A DNA stretch of 64,000 bases from the human T2T-CHM13v2.0 reference genome, Homo sapiens: NCBI RefSeq assembly GCF_009914755.1, contig NC_060926.1; one strand, written 5' to 3'. The notes below the pieces were generated by a model. That model searched no databases. It was not told the origin of the DNA and saw nothing but the letters and a program-made list of their open reading frames with translations. The position numbers were made by a program, and so were the translations under genes. This document shows positions 17,661-32,026 of this stretch, piece by piece; position 1 is the first letter of the stretch, and each line of letters opens with the position of its first letter.

Positions 17661-19900
17661 AATCCAGAGAAAACCAATTGAAATACATCTAATTTAAGCT
17701 TTGCTCTGTCACAGGACTGTGGGATGGGAAGAAGTGATCGCCTCTTCGGCCCAGATTCCAGGTAAATACGTTCTTCCATTTCAAAAGGCTCCCTCACTGG
17801 TCCTGGAGAGGGGAAGTAGAGCTGCTCGCCCACTTGGGCTAGCGATGGAGCTTATGAATTCGGAGTTTTCATTCCACCTGGATCTAGGAAGTCTTTTTTA
17901 AGAGTCTACTGCGCCAGATAATCTCTGTTCCCCACAAGCCATTCTCTTCTGTGCCTCTAAAGGATAAAGATCTATTTGTCTCTGTGTGTATGTTACAAAA
18001 AATGAATGGGGATTTAATTACAGCAGCTCATTTCCTAAAAGGAAGTCCTATTTACGATGCACCATATGTTTTGCCAGCGGCCGTACCCCTGAGGGCTGGA
18101 GTCTTGTCAGATCTCCTTAGATAAGCAGGGTTGGGCTGCTTTGGCCTGGACTGGGCCAGGGACCTGGGAGGACAGGCAGAAGGATCCAGGAAGTGAGGAG
18201 GGGGACAAAGGTAGGTTTCCAGCCACACCCCGAGCCCAGACCACTGGAGAGCATCAGTCAGCAACCAGGGAAGGCCTCCCTTGCTTCAGAGAAGGTGGAT
18301 TCAGAGGCTCAGACAATTTGTGATGATTAAAATCGCCTGGCTTTTTTCATCTACTAAAGTGGCTCTTGAGGGGGAGAGAGTCTCTCTGATCCTTCCTTTC
18401 GTGGTTTTAATTCCCCCTCTGCCACTTCTGAGCCGGTGCAGATGGCTTCCTGGAGTTCTGAGAACCTTCTAGCAAGGGATGCCGGGCAGGCAAGGGGAGC
18501 AGGGAGCTGAGGAGGGGGCTTGGCTCAGTTCTAGTACTCACTCCTTCTTTTAATTGTCTACTATGTTTTCTCTTTCATGGGGCCTACGATTTTAGAGGCC
18601 AGGAAGCTGAGGAAGGGCTGTTCAGTACTTCTTAGCTGTAGTTGAATGCAGTTGCTGGAACCTGCTAGTACTTGACACAGCTTAGGAGATTTATCTCAGT
18701 CTTACCTTTTCTCTTCTTCCTTTCCAACGTGTTCTGATTCTCTTGCCTCCTCTCTCTGTCTCGCTTTTTAAACTCCATCCCCAGAAAAGTGGTGAACGCC
18801 TTCTCCCCGCATGCTGCTTGGAGTGTAGACTGTGAATTTCCCGTGCCAGCTACAATGTCACTGGCTATGATCTCCAGTGGTGGAGGTGGACACCAGAACC
18901 TTAGAGTGTCCCTTCCAGCTCCTACACTCCATCAGGTCAATCAGCAGGCAGTCCATTTTTTTCTGCTAAAAGGGTCTGGCCACCTGTGGAGGACACCCAC
19001 CTGCTCTGAAGCAGGAAGGAACCAGGCAAAGCCAAGAGAAATCAAGCGACTTCCTGCAGGTTGAGCACTTGATGGAAATTAGGATGGGAATTGCCAGTCC
19101 TTGGACAGTGGTCCTGGAAGTCTCAGAGACTCGAGACCTGATTTCATTGTAGACACGAGGATAGGGCTGAGGGCTGGCTGGTGGCTGGTTGGTGAGCGGG
19201 AGAGTGTGTCTACATAGGGATGTGCCCGCTTACCCAGTGCACATCGGGGGCCCTGCCACCTCCCCCGCTGGGGTCCTGGGAGCCCCTGGAAGACAGGGGC
19301 TGACCTGCTCAGTATCTCACACAAAGGAAGTGTTCAGAAGACACCCACAAGCACCACAACCAGATGCCCATGGGCTGCCCTCCTGAGCCTGCCCCAGGTC
19401 TCTTCAAATCCTCTGGACACAGCTGCCCTCTGCCTTCCCAAGGGGCCAGATGAAGCCTCTTTCAGGCTCTCCATTTCCGAGACTGTGGCTAAACCTGTTG
19501 GCCTCCTCTTCGCATTATCTCCAAGGAGGAATTACATGGGATTTAGATCCATTTAAGAAAGTGTGCTTCTAATTTCCTGGGACTTAAAACTCCGTCGGGC
19601 TCTCAGCTACCCCTCTCTAAGTAGAAGGTGATTTGATTCAAGATGCTTTTGCTAATTAGAAACCCCCTTTCACTCTCCTGTTACACAAGAATCCAGGGCA
19701 CCACATGACCCTCTGAAAAGCTGGCAAGTTTTGCAAAACGTATTTTTAGCTAGAATCAAAGGGTGAGATTTTTGCTCAACTTTGCAACAATGAAGCTGTG
19801 ATCTCCCTTGCTCTCCTCTTCACTCTTTCCCCTTTCCTCCTCTCCGCACTCTCTCCCTCTCCCCATTTCCCTCTCCTTCTCCCTCTTGCTTCTCCAGCAG

Positions 19901-19915
19901 GGAGGCCGAGACTGT
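19901..19915 (+). CDS. Candidate 15-nt microexon A (18 nt with the upstream NAG at 19898)
   Basis: About 100-nt AG-free UC-rich tract, TGCTTCTCCAG|CAG acceptor, GTGAGT donor at 19916, five TGCATG downstream; frame-preserving length; host gene unknown. Confidence 0.4.
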
Positions 19916-19985
19916 GTGAGTGCATGCATGTGTGTTCACGTGTGTGTGTGTGCATGCATGCATGTGCGTGCCTGTGTGTAGGTGT
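19910..19985. repeat. TG/TGCA-rich simple repeat
   Basis: gtgtgagtgcatgcatgtgtg...tgcatgcatgcatgtgcgtg. Confidence 0.85.
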
Positions 19986-19999
19986 GAGGGCCTGGTGGG

Positions 20000-20600
20000 A
20001 GTGTGGGCCGCAGTGCCAGGCGGCCATGCTGCATTTCTGGATGCTCATTGTTCAGTCCCCGTCTCCATGGCGACGGGAGCAGCTGCTCTGTTCTGGGCCT
20101 TGGCTGGGCTGTGCGGGGCGGCCTGCCCGCCTGTCTGCCTGCCCGCCCGCCTGCCCGGCCGTGGGAGCTGCCAGCGCCTTGCCCTCCCGCTGCCCACAGG
20201 CCCTGCCAGGCTGGGCGCAAGAAAGCGTGTTTACTAACACCATCCACACGGCTCCCTGGGCATGGTGGCTCTGCCCAGAAGATGTCAGGACGAGGGCACC
20301 GGGAGGTGGGCCTGGAGCCAGGCTGTCTGCAGCCCGGAGAGACAGTCCCGGCCGGCTGCTGCCCTGGCCTGCCAGTCTCTGGGCGAGCGCAGGCACTGGG
20401 GGTTAAGAGGCCCCCATGAGGCCCTTTCTGAAGTGAACGTTCCCTTCCTGGAATGCCTTGCCAGAGCCTCTGGAACGTTCCAGCCCCAGCGCCCGGTCTG
20501 CCCTACCTGACAGCTCTGTCCGTGGGGGCCTCGGTCCTGCGCCGACTGCGGAGCCATGAATGTCCAAAGCACTCACAGACGCGAATAAATGATGCGTATG
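20000..20600. promoter_or_regulatory. GC/CpG-enriched regulatory element with RFX X-box
   Basis: GTCTCCATGGCGAC at 20061-20074, GC-box-like ggggcgg, FOX-type TGTTTAC at 20228-20234, visibly raised CpG content. Confidence 0.55.
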
Positions 20601-20868
20601 GGGGTGACCTCAGAGATAGCTTAGACCCACAAAACCTCAGAGCAAACCCCAGGCTGCGCAAGGACAGGTCTCTGTCAGACCGAGTCCTGTCTGGCACTGG
20701 GCTGCCCTATTGGGCCCCTTTCAAGACTGGGCCTGGCCTCAGCCCAAGCTCGGGGACTGTGATCCCTATCCCGCTCCTCACCCTCTCCTTGCTTTTCCAG
20801 ATCGCTCCCCTCCTCACTTTATCTCGGCCTCTCCTTCCCCCCGTGTCTTTCTCCTAGTGCTTCTCCAG

Positions 20869-20883
20869 ACAGGCCTGGACTCT
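20869..20883 (+). CDS. Candidate 15-nt microexon B, paralogous to A
   Basis: Pyrimidine tract, identical TGCTTCTCCAG acceptor, GTGAGT donor at 20884, long UG repeat downstream; 10/15 nt identical to A. Confidence 0.4.
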
Positions 20884-21720
20884 GTGAGTGTGAGCCTGTG
20901 TTTCTGTGTGTGTCTCTGTGTGTGTCTCTGTGTGTGTGTGTCTCTGAGTATGTGTCTATGTGCATGTGTCTGTGTGTCTCTGTGTATGTCTATGTGTGTG
21001 CTATGTATATGTGCCTGTGTGTGTATGTATGTGTCTCTCTGTGTGTGTCTGTATATGTGTACAGTGTGCCTGTGTGTGTCTCTGTATGTGTGCCTGCGTG
21101 TCTGTGTGTGTTTCTCTGTGTGTCTCTGCATGTGTCTTCGTGTGTGTCTGTGTGTCTGCATGTCTTTGTGTGTGTGTGTGTCTGTGTGGCTCCGTGTGTG
21201 TCGGTGTGCCTGTGTGTCTGTGTGTGCCTGTGTGTGTCTGTGTGCCTGTGTCTGTGTATTTCTCTGTGTATCTCTGTATGTGTGTCTCCGTGTGTGTATG
21301 TGTGCTTGTGTGTGTCTGTATGCGTGTCTCCATGTGTGTCTGTGTGTGTGAGTGTGTGGGTCTGTGTGTGGTCTGTGTGTGTCTCTGAGTATGTGTCTCT
21401 GCATGTGTCTGTGTGTCTCTGTGTATGTCTATGTGTGTGCCTGTGTATATGTGCCTTTGTGTGTACGTGTGTGTCTGTGTGTGTGTCTGTGTATGTGTGT
21501 CTGTATATGCGTGCATAGCGTGCCTGTGTGTTTGTGTGTGTGCATCTGTGTGTGTGTTTCTCTGTATGTCTCCATGTGTGTGCCTGTGTGCCTCTGTGTG
21601 TGTCTCTGTGTGTCTATGTATGTGTGTCTCCATGTGTGTCTGTGTGTGTGTATGTGTGTCTCTGTGTATATGTATGTGTGTCTATGTATCTGTGTGTCTG
21701 TGGATGTGTGTGTGCGTGCA
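20884..21720. repeat. Long degenerate (TG)n/(TGTC)n simple repeat, about 840 bp
   Basis: Directly visible; source of the Cys/Val and His/Thr ORFs. Confidence 0.95.
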
Positions 21721-22597
21721 TTACCTTTGGGAAGTTAAGGATATTTCTTCTCTGAACTTTGCCATCAGCACTTAGCCCAGGGCTGAGCCGTGATTGACAG
21801 GTTACTAGAAGCTGGTCTGAAAACCTGGGAGCAAAGGGCCAGATGGCCCCGGCCTGCAGCCGCATCTCTCCCTTCCTCCCCCGCAGAGGTGAACTTGCTG
21901 TCTGTCTGCTGTGCTTTCCTGAAAGCCCCCGGCCCTGAACTGAAAACATCTGCCCAGCGTTTCCCTCATGTCCTGATCCCTCACCACTGTTTCCGTAGGA
22001 ATTCCTGCCGAATGCAAACTGAGTTCTGTGTAAACTCACCCCTGTTCCCCATTGACTCAATGATCATCTATTACATACCTGTCAGGGCCAGCCCTGGGAA
22101 TCATGGCACAGTTTGGGAGGGCCTAGCCTTGCCAAGGCCCCTTTGTCTGTACTGCAGCTGTTTCCTGGTCAGATTCTGCCCTGTGCCTGTACTGAGCCTG
22201 GGCATTTCCCTTCAGCCTCTAAGATGTACATCCCTCCAGGCCCTCCGGATCTAAGACCTGTCACTTGCAAGTCACCGAGAGTGCTTTCTCCCTCAGGAGT
22301 TTGTACCCCACCTCTGACCTGGGATGTGGAATTAGAAGCTGCCTGTGTCCTGAGGAAAGGGATCTCAGGCCCCGGCCAACACTCTGGAAAAATATTCTCA
22401 GGGTATCTATCTCCAGGTTCCTGTTTGGTCGCCTGTGGTCCCTTGAGGGCAGCCCTGACCCAGGCCAGGACCTGCACAGGCATTTGGGAGGTGCAGATGG
22501 GGGCTTGTGATGCCCAGCCCTGGCTGGGGCATGGGAGTTGGAGAAGGATCTGTTCATGAGGAACTGGCTGCTTGCAGGGGCAGTGGTGCCCGTGGTC

Positions 22598-22876
22598 TTT
22601 TTTTAGACTGAGTTTTGCTCTTGTTGCCCACACTGGAGTGTAGTGGCAAGATCTTGGCTTACTGCAACCTCCTCCTTCGGGGTTCAAGCAATTCTCCTGC
22701 CTCAGCCTCCTGAGTAGCTGGGATTACAGGCATGAGCCAACATGCCCTGCTAATCTTGGTATTTTTAGTAGAGGTGGCGTTTTACCATGTTAGCTAGGCT
22801 GGTCTCGAACTCCTGACCTCAGGTGATTCACCTGCCTCAGCCTCCCAAGGTGCTGGGATTACAGGTGTGCCCGGCC
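22598..22876 (-). mobile_element. Alu (AluS)
   Basis: Antisense Alu. Confidence 0.93.
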
Positions 22877-22889
22877 AGTGCTGGTGTTT

Positions 22890-23090
22890 TAAATCATTCA
22901 TTCAGTGTCTACCACACACTAAGCATGGGATGAAGTGCCTTCCACATGAGCCCTGCCATTTAATCCTCATAGGGATCCTGTGAGGTAGAAATGATTTCAT
23001 TTTGCAGGTAGGAAAGTGAGGTTCGGAGAGTCTAAGTAACTTACCCAGCTCTGAAGAACCCACCTGTCTTCCTGAGTCATCCTGCCTCAC
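22890..23090 (-). mobile_element. MIR
   Basis: catttaatcctca...cattttgcaggtaggaaagtgaggttcggagagtctaagtaactt. Confidence 0.7.
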
Positions 23091-23680
23091 AGGGCTGGTT
23101 CATGTCTCTCCCTAACGGTGCTCTCCAGAATCAGCTTCTCCTGGAGAAGTCAACAAGGACACTTCATGAGCTCCACCCACTGCAGCACCCTCCGCCAGGC
23201 TGCCCTAGCCACATTTTACCTCCAGGCCTCTGCTTGCCTGCCTCTAGTTGATTTCTTCTGTCATTGCCAGAGGGAGAACCCTCAAATCCAAATCACTCAA
23301 GTAAGCAAGCAAGAAACAGCAAGAAAGAGGAAAACGGAGCGCAGAGGACACTTGGGAGTTGAAATGTGGGGTATACCAGATTTCCCTGGGCACAGGCTGA
23401 GATTTCTGTTCCCTTACGTGCCTGGGATCTATCAGCAGCTTACGCAGGTTGAAAGCTCTTGGTAAAGAGCCCCACCATTGGGCGAACCCAAGGTTAGAAC
23501 AGAGAGTCACTAGTGAAGATGCTGGTGACTTCGGTAAAACATGACTGCTCATGATTTGGAAACAGAAGTTAAAGACAATTTGAAAAAGGTCCCCAAATCT
23601 CTGCTTAAGGAAGAAAGTCTTTATAAGGACTTGGGCAAATAGTCCCATGAACGAAGGGTCAGGGGGGCCTCTTTTGGTGA

Positions 23681-23979
<299 letters not shown>

Positions 23980-24059
23980 TTGGTTATTTTTTGACTGAAG
24001 ATTTGAGAGGGATTTTGAAGAGAAATAACTCTTCCCTACACTCCCCAAAAGACAAGCTA

Positions 24060-24200
24060 TCAACATTTTCTAGTCCTGCCTTTCTCACTATTTGGCTAGT
24101 GACCTCAGAACAAGCTCTCTGTCTCTTGGGGCCTCAGTTTCCTCTTCCGCATATGTCTAGATACTCTCTAAAACCCTACCATCTCTAAAATTGTGAGAAT
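24060..24200 (+). mobile_element. MIR fragment
   Basis: gtgacctcagaacaag...gggcctcagtttcctc. Confidence 0.55.
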
Positions 24201-24696
24201 CTCTCTTTTGGAACTTATAATTCATCCCTATTGTGACTGAAATGCTAGACACATAGCTGTAACATTTTCAATAGAAAATAATATTAAACTAAAACAAATA
24301 ATTTGAACTCTGATGCACCAACTGGAAGATCAACAGGATAATACAGCCTGACAGTAACTTTTAATTTAGACAGAGATATATGAAATCAAGAAATGCTGAA
24401 CTTCATTTCAAAATACTGTAATTGTTCAAGGTTGAGGCTACCCAATTCTCTGCATGCCTGTGTGCGTGTTTTAAAGCACTAGTATTATATATTTCAGCTG
24501 TTATCATTCAAAGAGAGCTGGCATCATGTGTAGAATTGAGAGTCATTGTACTCAGTGTATAAACGGAAAGACATCAGCCCAGGGGACGAAGCTTTCATGC
24601 TTATTTATGAGAAAATGCTGTTGAACTAACCTTGAAGTAAAAATCTTCTGAAAAAAGAAAATCTTTCTTGTGCGTTGCAGAGGCCTTTCTCCTGAA

Positions 24697-24739
<43 letters not shown>

Positions 24740-24824
24740 TAAACACAAATACACATACACACATAAACACACACACACAAAAACATACACATACACACAT
24801 ACACACATACACACACACACACAC
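24697..24824. repeat. (GC)3(AC)n microsatellite, imperfect
   Basis: Directly visible. Confidence 0.95.
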
Positions 24825-24847
24825 AATGAGATTAAAAAAAAGGGGTT

Positions 24848-25163
<316 letters not shown>

Positions 25164-26142
25164 TTATGTGTAAAGAATCATTTTCTTTTCTTTTCTTCTA
25201 ATCAGGTACATATTTGAACTTGAAATTAAAAAAGGGGCATGTTGATTAAAGTGGTTGTGGATGGGGGTGGGGAGATCCTGCCGACTTGATCCTTGTGTCC
25301 AGCAAACCCTTGGCGGAGATCCTTCAAGGAAAGTTCCCCAGAGATGTTTCTTTCTTTAGAGGCTTGGGAGGTTCTGAGCGCACCCACAATACCAGTCAAA
25401 CCACATTCTCAAAAGCGTCCTATACTAACAGTCCATTCCAGTGAGTTCTCCTAACTTCATGCTGGTAGCAACAAGTGAATAGAGCCAGGGTCTGTGAACT
25501 GGAAAGGGACTTAGAAATCCTTTAAGCCATGCCCTTAATTTATAAATGAAGAAACAAAGGGTCAGAGAGGTGTGGGGAGAGCCTGAGAGGCCAGGTAGGG
25601 CCTGGACCCAGGGCTCTTCTCATCTCAGCGAGGTGGACCAAGTATTGGGGCTGAGCAGGGCTTCTTACCAATGCATCCATCATCCTCATAAAGATTCCCG
25701 GCATCTTCTGCTGGGCACAAGGCCTCTGCTTCTGTCATGAGAGACAAGGCATAGAGTGCAAGTTCCTTGAGAGGGGAAAGCCTGGTGACTTTGGGGTCAG
25801 TGCATGTGATGAAGCAGAAGGTTTTCTGGGGGCTTAGCATGGCAGAGGGGCAGGGAGGAGAAGGCTGAATGGAAAGGGCTGGTGTGGGCCAGAGAATGGG
25901 AAAGCTTGTGCACAGGGAATGCCTGGGTGGGAGGCAAATGCTTCTTTACGCTTTAAGCTGTAGGTACTATCTGGTTTCAGCTGGGACTGGGGAAGCTAGT
26001 AAATGACTATTTCCTGCAGGCTTTGCTTTTCTCATGATTTCCCTCTGCAGCTCATCATCTTACGACTGGATATTCTCACTTTAGTCCTATCAATATGCAG
26101 ATGTCATTTATCAACATGCAGATGTCATTTTCCTAATATCTT

Positions 26143-26491
26143 CTGCAATGGACTAAAATGTTTGCGTCCCTTCCATATTCATGTGATAAGACCCTAATCC
26201 CAATGTGATGGTATTTGAAAGGTGGACTTTTGGGAGGCGATTAGATCATGACAGTGGAACTCTCCTGAATGGGATTAGTGCTCTTATAAGAAGAGGCTAG
26301 AGAGATTGCGGGCTCTCTCTGCCGTATCAGGACACAGCAAGAAGGTGGCTGTCTGCAAGCCAGGAAGTGAGCCTTCATCAGACAACAGATCTACTGGCAC
26401 CTTGATCTTGGACTTCTGGCCTCCAGAACTGTGATAAATACATGTTGGTTGTTTATGGCAATTTGGTACAGCAGTTCAAACTGACTAAGAG
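26143..26491 (+). mobile_element. MLT1A-type solo LTR
   Basis: caatgtgatggtattt...gggattagtgctcttataagaaga...cttgatcttggacttc...gactaaga; TSD TCTTC. Confidence 0.88.
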
Positions 26492-26503
26492 ATCTTCTTC
26501 TTC

Positions 26504-26799
26504 TTTTTTGTTGTTTTGAGATGGAGTCTTGCTCTGTTGCCCAGGCTGGAGTGCGGTGGCACGATCTCGGCTAACTGCAAACTCCGCCTTCCGGGTTCAA
26601 GCAATTCTCCTGTCTCAGCCTCTTGAGTAGCTGGGACTAAAGGTGCCTGCCACCATGCCTGGCAAATTTTTGTATTTTTAGTAGAGATGGGGTTTCACCT
26701 TGTTGGTCAGGCTGGTCTTGAACTCCTGACCTCAGGTGATCCACCCGCCTCTGCCTCCCAAAGTGCCGGGATTACAGGTGTGAGCCACCGCGCCCGGCC
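26504..26799 (-). mobile_element. Alu (AluSx-like)
   Basis: Full antisense Alu. Confidence 0.95.
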
Positions 26800-27613
26800 A
26801 CCTTCTTCTTCTTCTTTTTTTTAAAGCCCAATTTCTAGTTGGAAAACCTGAGACTCAGAGAGGTGAAATGTCTTGTACAAGGACCCCACAGCTGATGTGT
26901 GTGGACCATGGCCCTTTCATCTGCTTACTCTCAGCCTAGTGGATTCTTCTTTCTTGCCTTTAACACGATGCCCTTGACTCATAGACAGAGAATGCTGGTA
27001 GAAGAGCACGAGCTTATCCTGTTCTCTGTTTCCACTGGATAAACAGATGCTCCTTGAGGCCGTGATGGAATCATACAATAGTCAGCAACTTTTCTAGGGG
27101 CTTGCATGGGTCACACCCTGCAAAAGATTCAAAGCCACTTAGGACTAAGTGCATCATCTTGAGAATCTTTGTCTATGGGATTATTTCTTACAAGACAACA
27201 TCTTGAGAGACAGAGAGGGGTGCCCAAAAGCCCATGGTTTGGTAACTGGGCTTGCTGTGGGTGATGGGGTGAGTTACGTCAACAATTTGCTCCTCTTTTT
27301 TCTTTTTTTTTAAAATTTGTGAAATAAAGAGAGGAAGACCTTCCTCAGGGGGTTGTTGGCTGACGTGAGGAAATAAGATAATGGATGCAAAACACCAAGC
27401 ATGGGGTCTGGCATGTGAGTGTGAAACAAATGTCCGCAGGCTCCTCCCAGGGTGCCCCCTGACGCCCTCCCCTCCACTGCAGTCAAACTGAGGTCTCACT
27501 GTCTTCCAGGCACGCCCACCCTCACTGAGCCCCTATCTCAGATCTCACCCCTTCCCCTGACTCCGATGCTCCTTCGCCCCATATCTGTCTGTTGAAGTAT
27601 TACCCAGGCTTGA

Positions 27614-28081
<468 letters not shown>

Positions 28082-28099
28082 TGATGGCTTTTTAAATTG

Positions 28100-28290
28100 A
28101 TGAACCATGTGACCATGGATCACTTACTCCAGCATTTCTGTGCCTCAGTTTCCTCCCCCATAAAATGAGGATAAAATGAGGATAACAATAATGACATCCC
28201 AAAGAAACTAGAATAAAATCATGTGTAAACGGCACAGCATCTGACCCAGGGTGCTCACTCCATCATGTTAACCACTGTTAATTCTTATTA
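28100..28290 (+). mobile_element. MIR
   Basis: tctgtgcctcagtttcctcccccataaaatgaggataa. Confidence 0.7.
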
Positions 28291-28321
28291 GGCTGTAACT
28301 GTGGAGTCCATGTCTTACTCT

Positions 28322-28458
28322 TTCTTGTTGTTTGTTTTTTTAGAGACGGGGTTTCACTATGTTGCCCAGGCTTGTCTTGAATTCCTGGGCTCAAGTGATC
28401 CACCTGCCTCGGCCTCCTAAAGTGCTGGGATTACAGGAGTGAGCCACCATGCCTGGCC
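28322..28458 (-). mobile_element. FLAM_C-like monomer
   Basis: Single left monomer; TSD gtcttact. Confidence 0.88.
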
Positions 28459-28639
28459 AGTCTTACTTTTTTTATCCTTTGTAATGTTTGGGGATAGAGT
28501 TAGCACATGGTGAAGGTTTATTGAACCTGAGAATGAATGGTGGTTTGCAACGAAACTAGGTCCATGATTCGGTGGTATGCTGGGGGGCGCGGGTGAGGAG
28601 AGAGAGAGAGAGAGAGAGGGAGACAGCATCATGAATAGC

Positions 28640-28790
28640 TCGAGCCAGGGACTTAGCTGGACCTGTGTTCAAATCTTAGTGCTGATGCTCACCCACTATG
28701 TGACCCTAGGCAGTTCAACCTGTGTCTCAGTGTTTCAACTCTAAAATGGGGAAAATAACACCAGCCTCATAAGGGAAGTATGGGTCCCTT
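28640..28790 (+). mobile_element. MIR fragment
   Basis: gttcaaatcttag...tgtgaccctaggcag...ctaaaatggggaaaataa. Confidence 0.65.
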
Positions 28791-29627
28791 TGCAGACACC
28801 CTCTCAGCAGCAGCTTGAATGATTACAGTGAGGATGGTTTTCCACAAGGCTTTTCTAGGGGGATCCCCACACTAGCCCTGGATAGGGTGCAGAGCCTGTC
28901 CTGGAATGGAGGGAACAGGTGAAGCGCCGGACTCTCCTGGGGACAGGCGTGCTGCCACGTGTATCCCCAGCCATATGGCGCAAGAACACTAATACAGTTG
29001 TCTGTGCACAACTGTAACCGACAATCTGCCAATTGTTTGTTTTTGAAGGCACCCCCCACCATGTGACAGGTGGTTCCACACCACAGTGGAAGTACTGTGA
29101 GAGACAGAACAAACCCTGTTTGCCCTGGGGCCCAGGTCAGAGAAAGGACAGAAGCACATGGAAATGATGGCTACAGGAGATTTTAAAATAAAACAGTTGA
29201 CCATTAGAAATTGGGGACCACTTGGCAGGGAGATTTGAGGAGATAATTTTCCACTGTGCATCAATTTCCTCACCTCTAAAATTCAGGAGTTAGGCTGGCT
29301 CACGGCTAAAGGCCTTTCCAGATCCACCGTGCTAAGATTTGAAGACAGATGCCTTCCGTATCCACCAGTTGGCTTTTTAAGGCTTTGACCAAAAGATCTC
29401 TTGCTAATAACATTTCCAGTGTTCCACGTTCATCTGACCATGTCACTCCCCAGCTCGAACCCTTTGGGGCTCTCCGTTGGCCATAGCATAGCCTTCCCAC
29501 CCTCTTCCCCGGCTCACTCAGCTCAGGAGTTGACTTCTGCTGGGAGCCCCCAAGGACTTCTTCTCCAGGTCAGGTGCTCCTTCATGGTGCCCACGTCTTC
29601 TGTGGACCTTTGTCTGGCTCTTATTGT

Positions 29628-29884
29628 GCTCTTTCTTTTCTTTCTTTCTTTCTTTCTCTCTCTCTCTCTTTCTTTCTTCTTTCTTTCTTTCTTTCTTCCT
29701 TCCTTCCTTCCTTCTCTTTTTTCTTTCCTTCCTTCCTTCCTTCCTTCCTTCCTTCCTTCCTTCCTTCCTTCCTTCCTTCCTCCCTTCCCTTCCCCTTCCT
29801 TCCTTTCCTCCCTCCCTCTCTCTTTCTTTCTTTCTGTCTCTCTCTTTTTCTTTCTTTTCTCTCTTTCTCTCTCTCTTTCTTTCT

Positions 29885-29898
<14 letters not shown>
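29628..29898. repeat. Compound (TTTC)n/(TTCC)n/(TC)n polypyrimidine tract (expanded Alu tail)
   Basis: Directly visible, about 270 bp. Confidence 0.95.
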
Positions 29899-30525
<627 letters not shown>

Positions 30526-30853
30526 CTTGCTGTTTCAACATGAAAGTTGTGCGGGCCTGGCCTGCCTTCCCTGTTATCCCTCCTTTCACAGAAATGAGGA
30601 AAACAATGAGAGAAGGTGAGAGAGCTGGAGGTGAGGTAGAGAGAGTCAGTAGGAAAGTGTAGGAGGGAGGAAAGAAGATAACCTGAGAGCAAGGGAGGAA
30701 GAGAGAGAGAGAAAGAGAGAGAGAAAAAGAGAGAAAGAGAGACAGAGAGAAGAAAGGCAAAAAACAAAGAAGGGACTAGAGAGGAAGCCGTCAGTCCTTT
30801 GACTTGTTTGTGCTGTAAGTCTTACATCTATAAAATAGGTGTAAAAATCTTCA

Positions 30854-31175
<322 letters not shown>

Positions 31176-31489
31176 CTTCACCTAATAGCTTCACAGTAAG
31201 GATAAAAAAGAGAGTCATGTGAAAAAAGCATTGTACCCTCTAATCTTGGGGATACTATCAACTACTACAAAAAAATGAAAGAAGTCACTCTGTGTATGCA
31301 AAGGCAACATCTTCTTTGGCAGATATGGAGACAATCAGCGGTAATGTGTGCAACATACACAGCATCTCGCCTGCTCATAGAAGGTACTCAATAAACAGTA
31401 ATTGTTATCATTATAATGATGACTCTTGGCCTAATGAAGCCGTGTCTACCAGGAACATCTGACTTCTCAACACATTTCTGAAAGTCTAG

Positions 31490-32026
<537 letters not shown>

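Noticed and set aside
20232-20278. Perfect TACTAAC branch point with first AG 40 nt downstream
   Set aside because: Poor polypyrimidine tract and no clear partner donor; equally explained by the overlapping FOX motif.
20710-21775. Long Cys/Val-rich and His/Thr-rich ORFs (up to 213 aa)
   Set aside because: Read-through of a (TG)n repeat that lacks stop codons; open in many frames at once.
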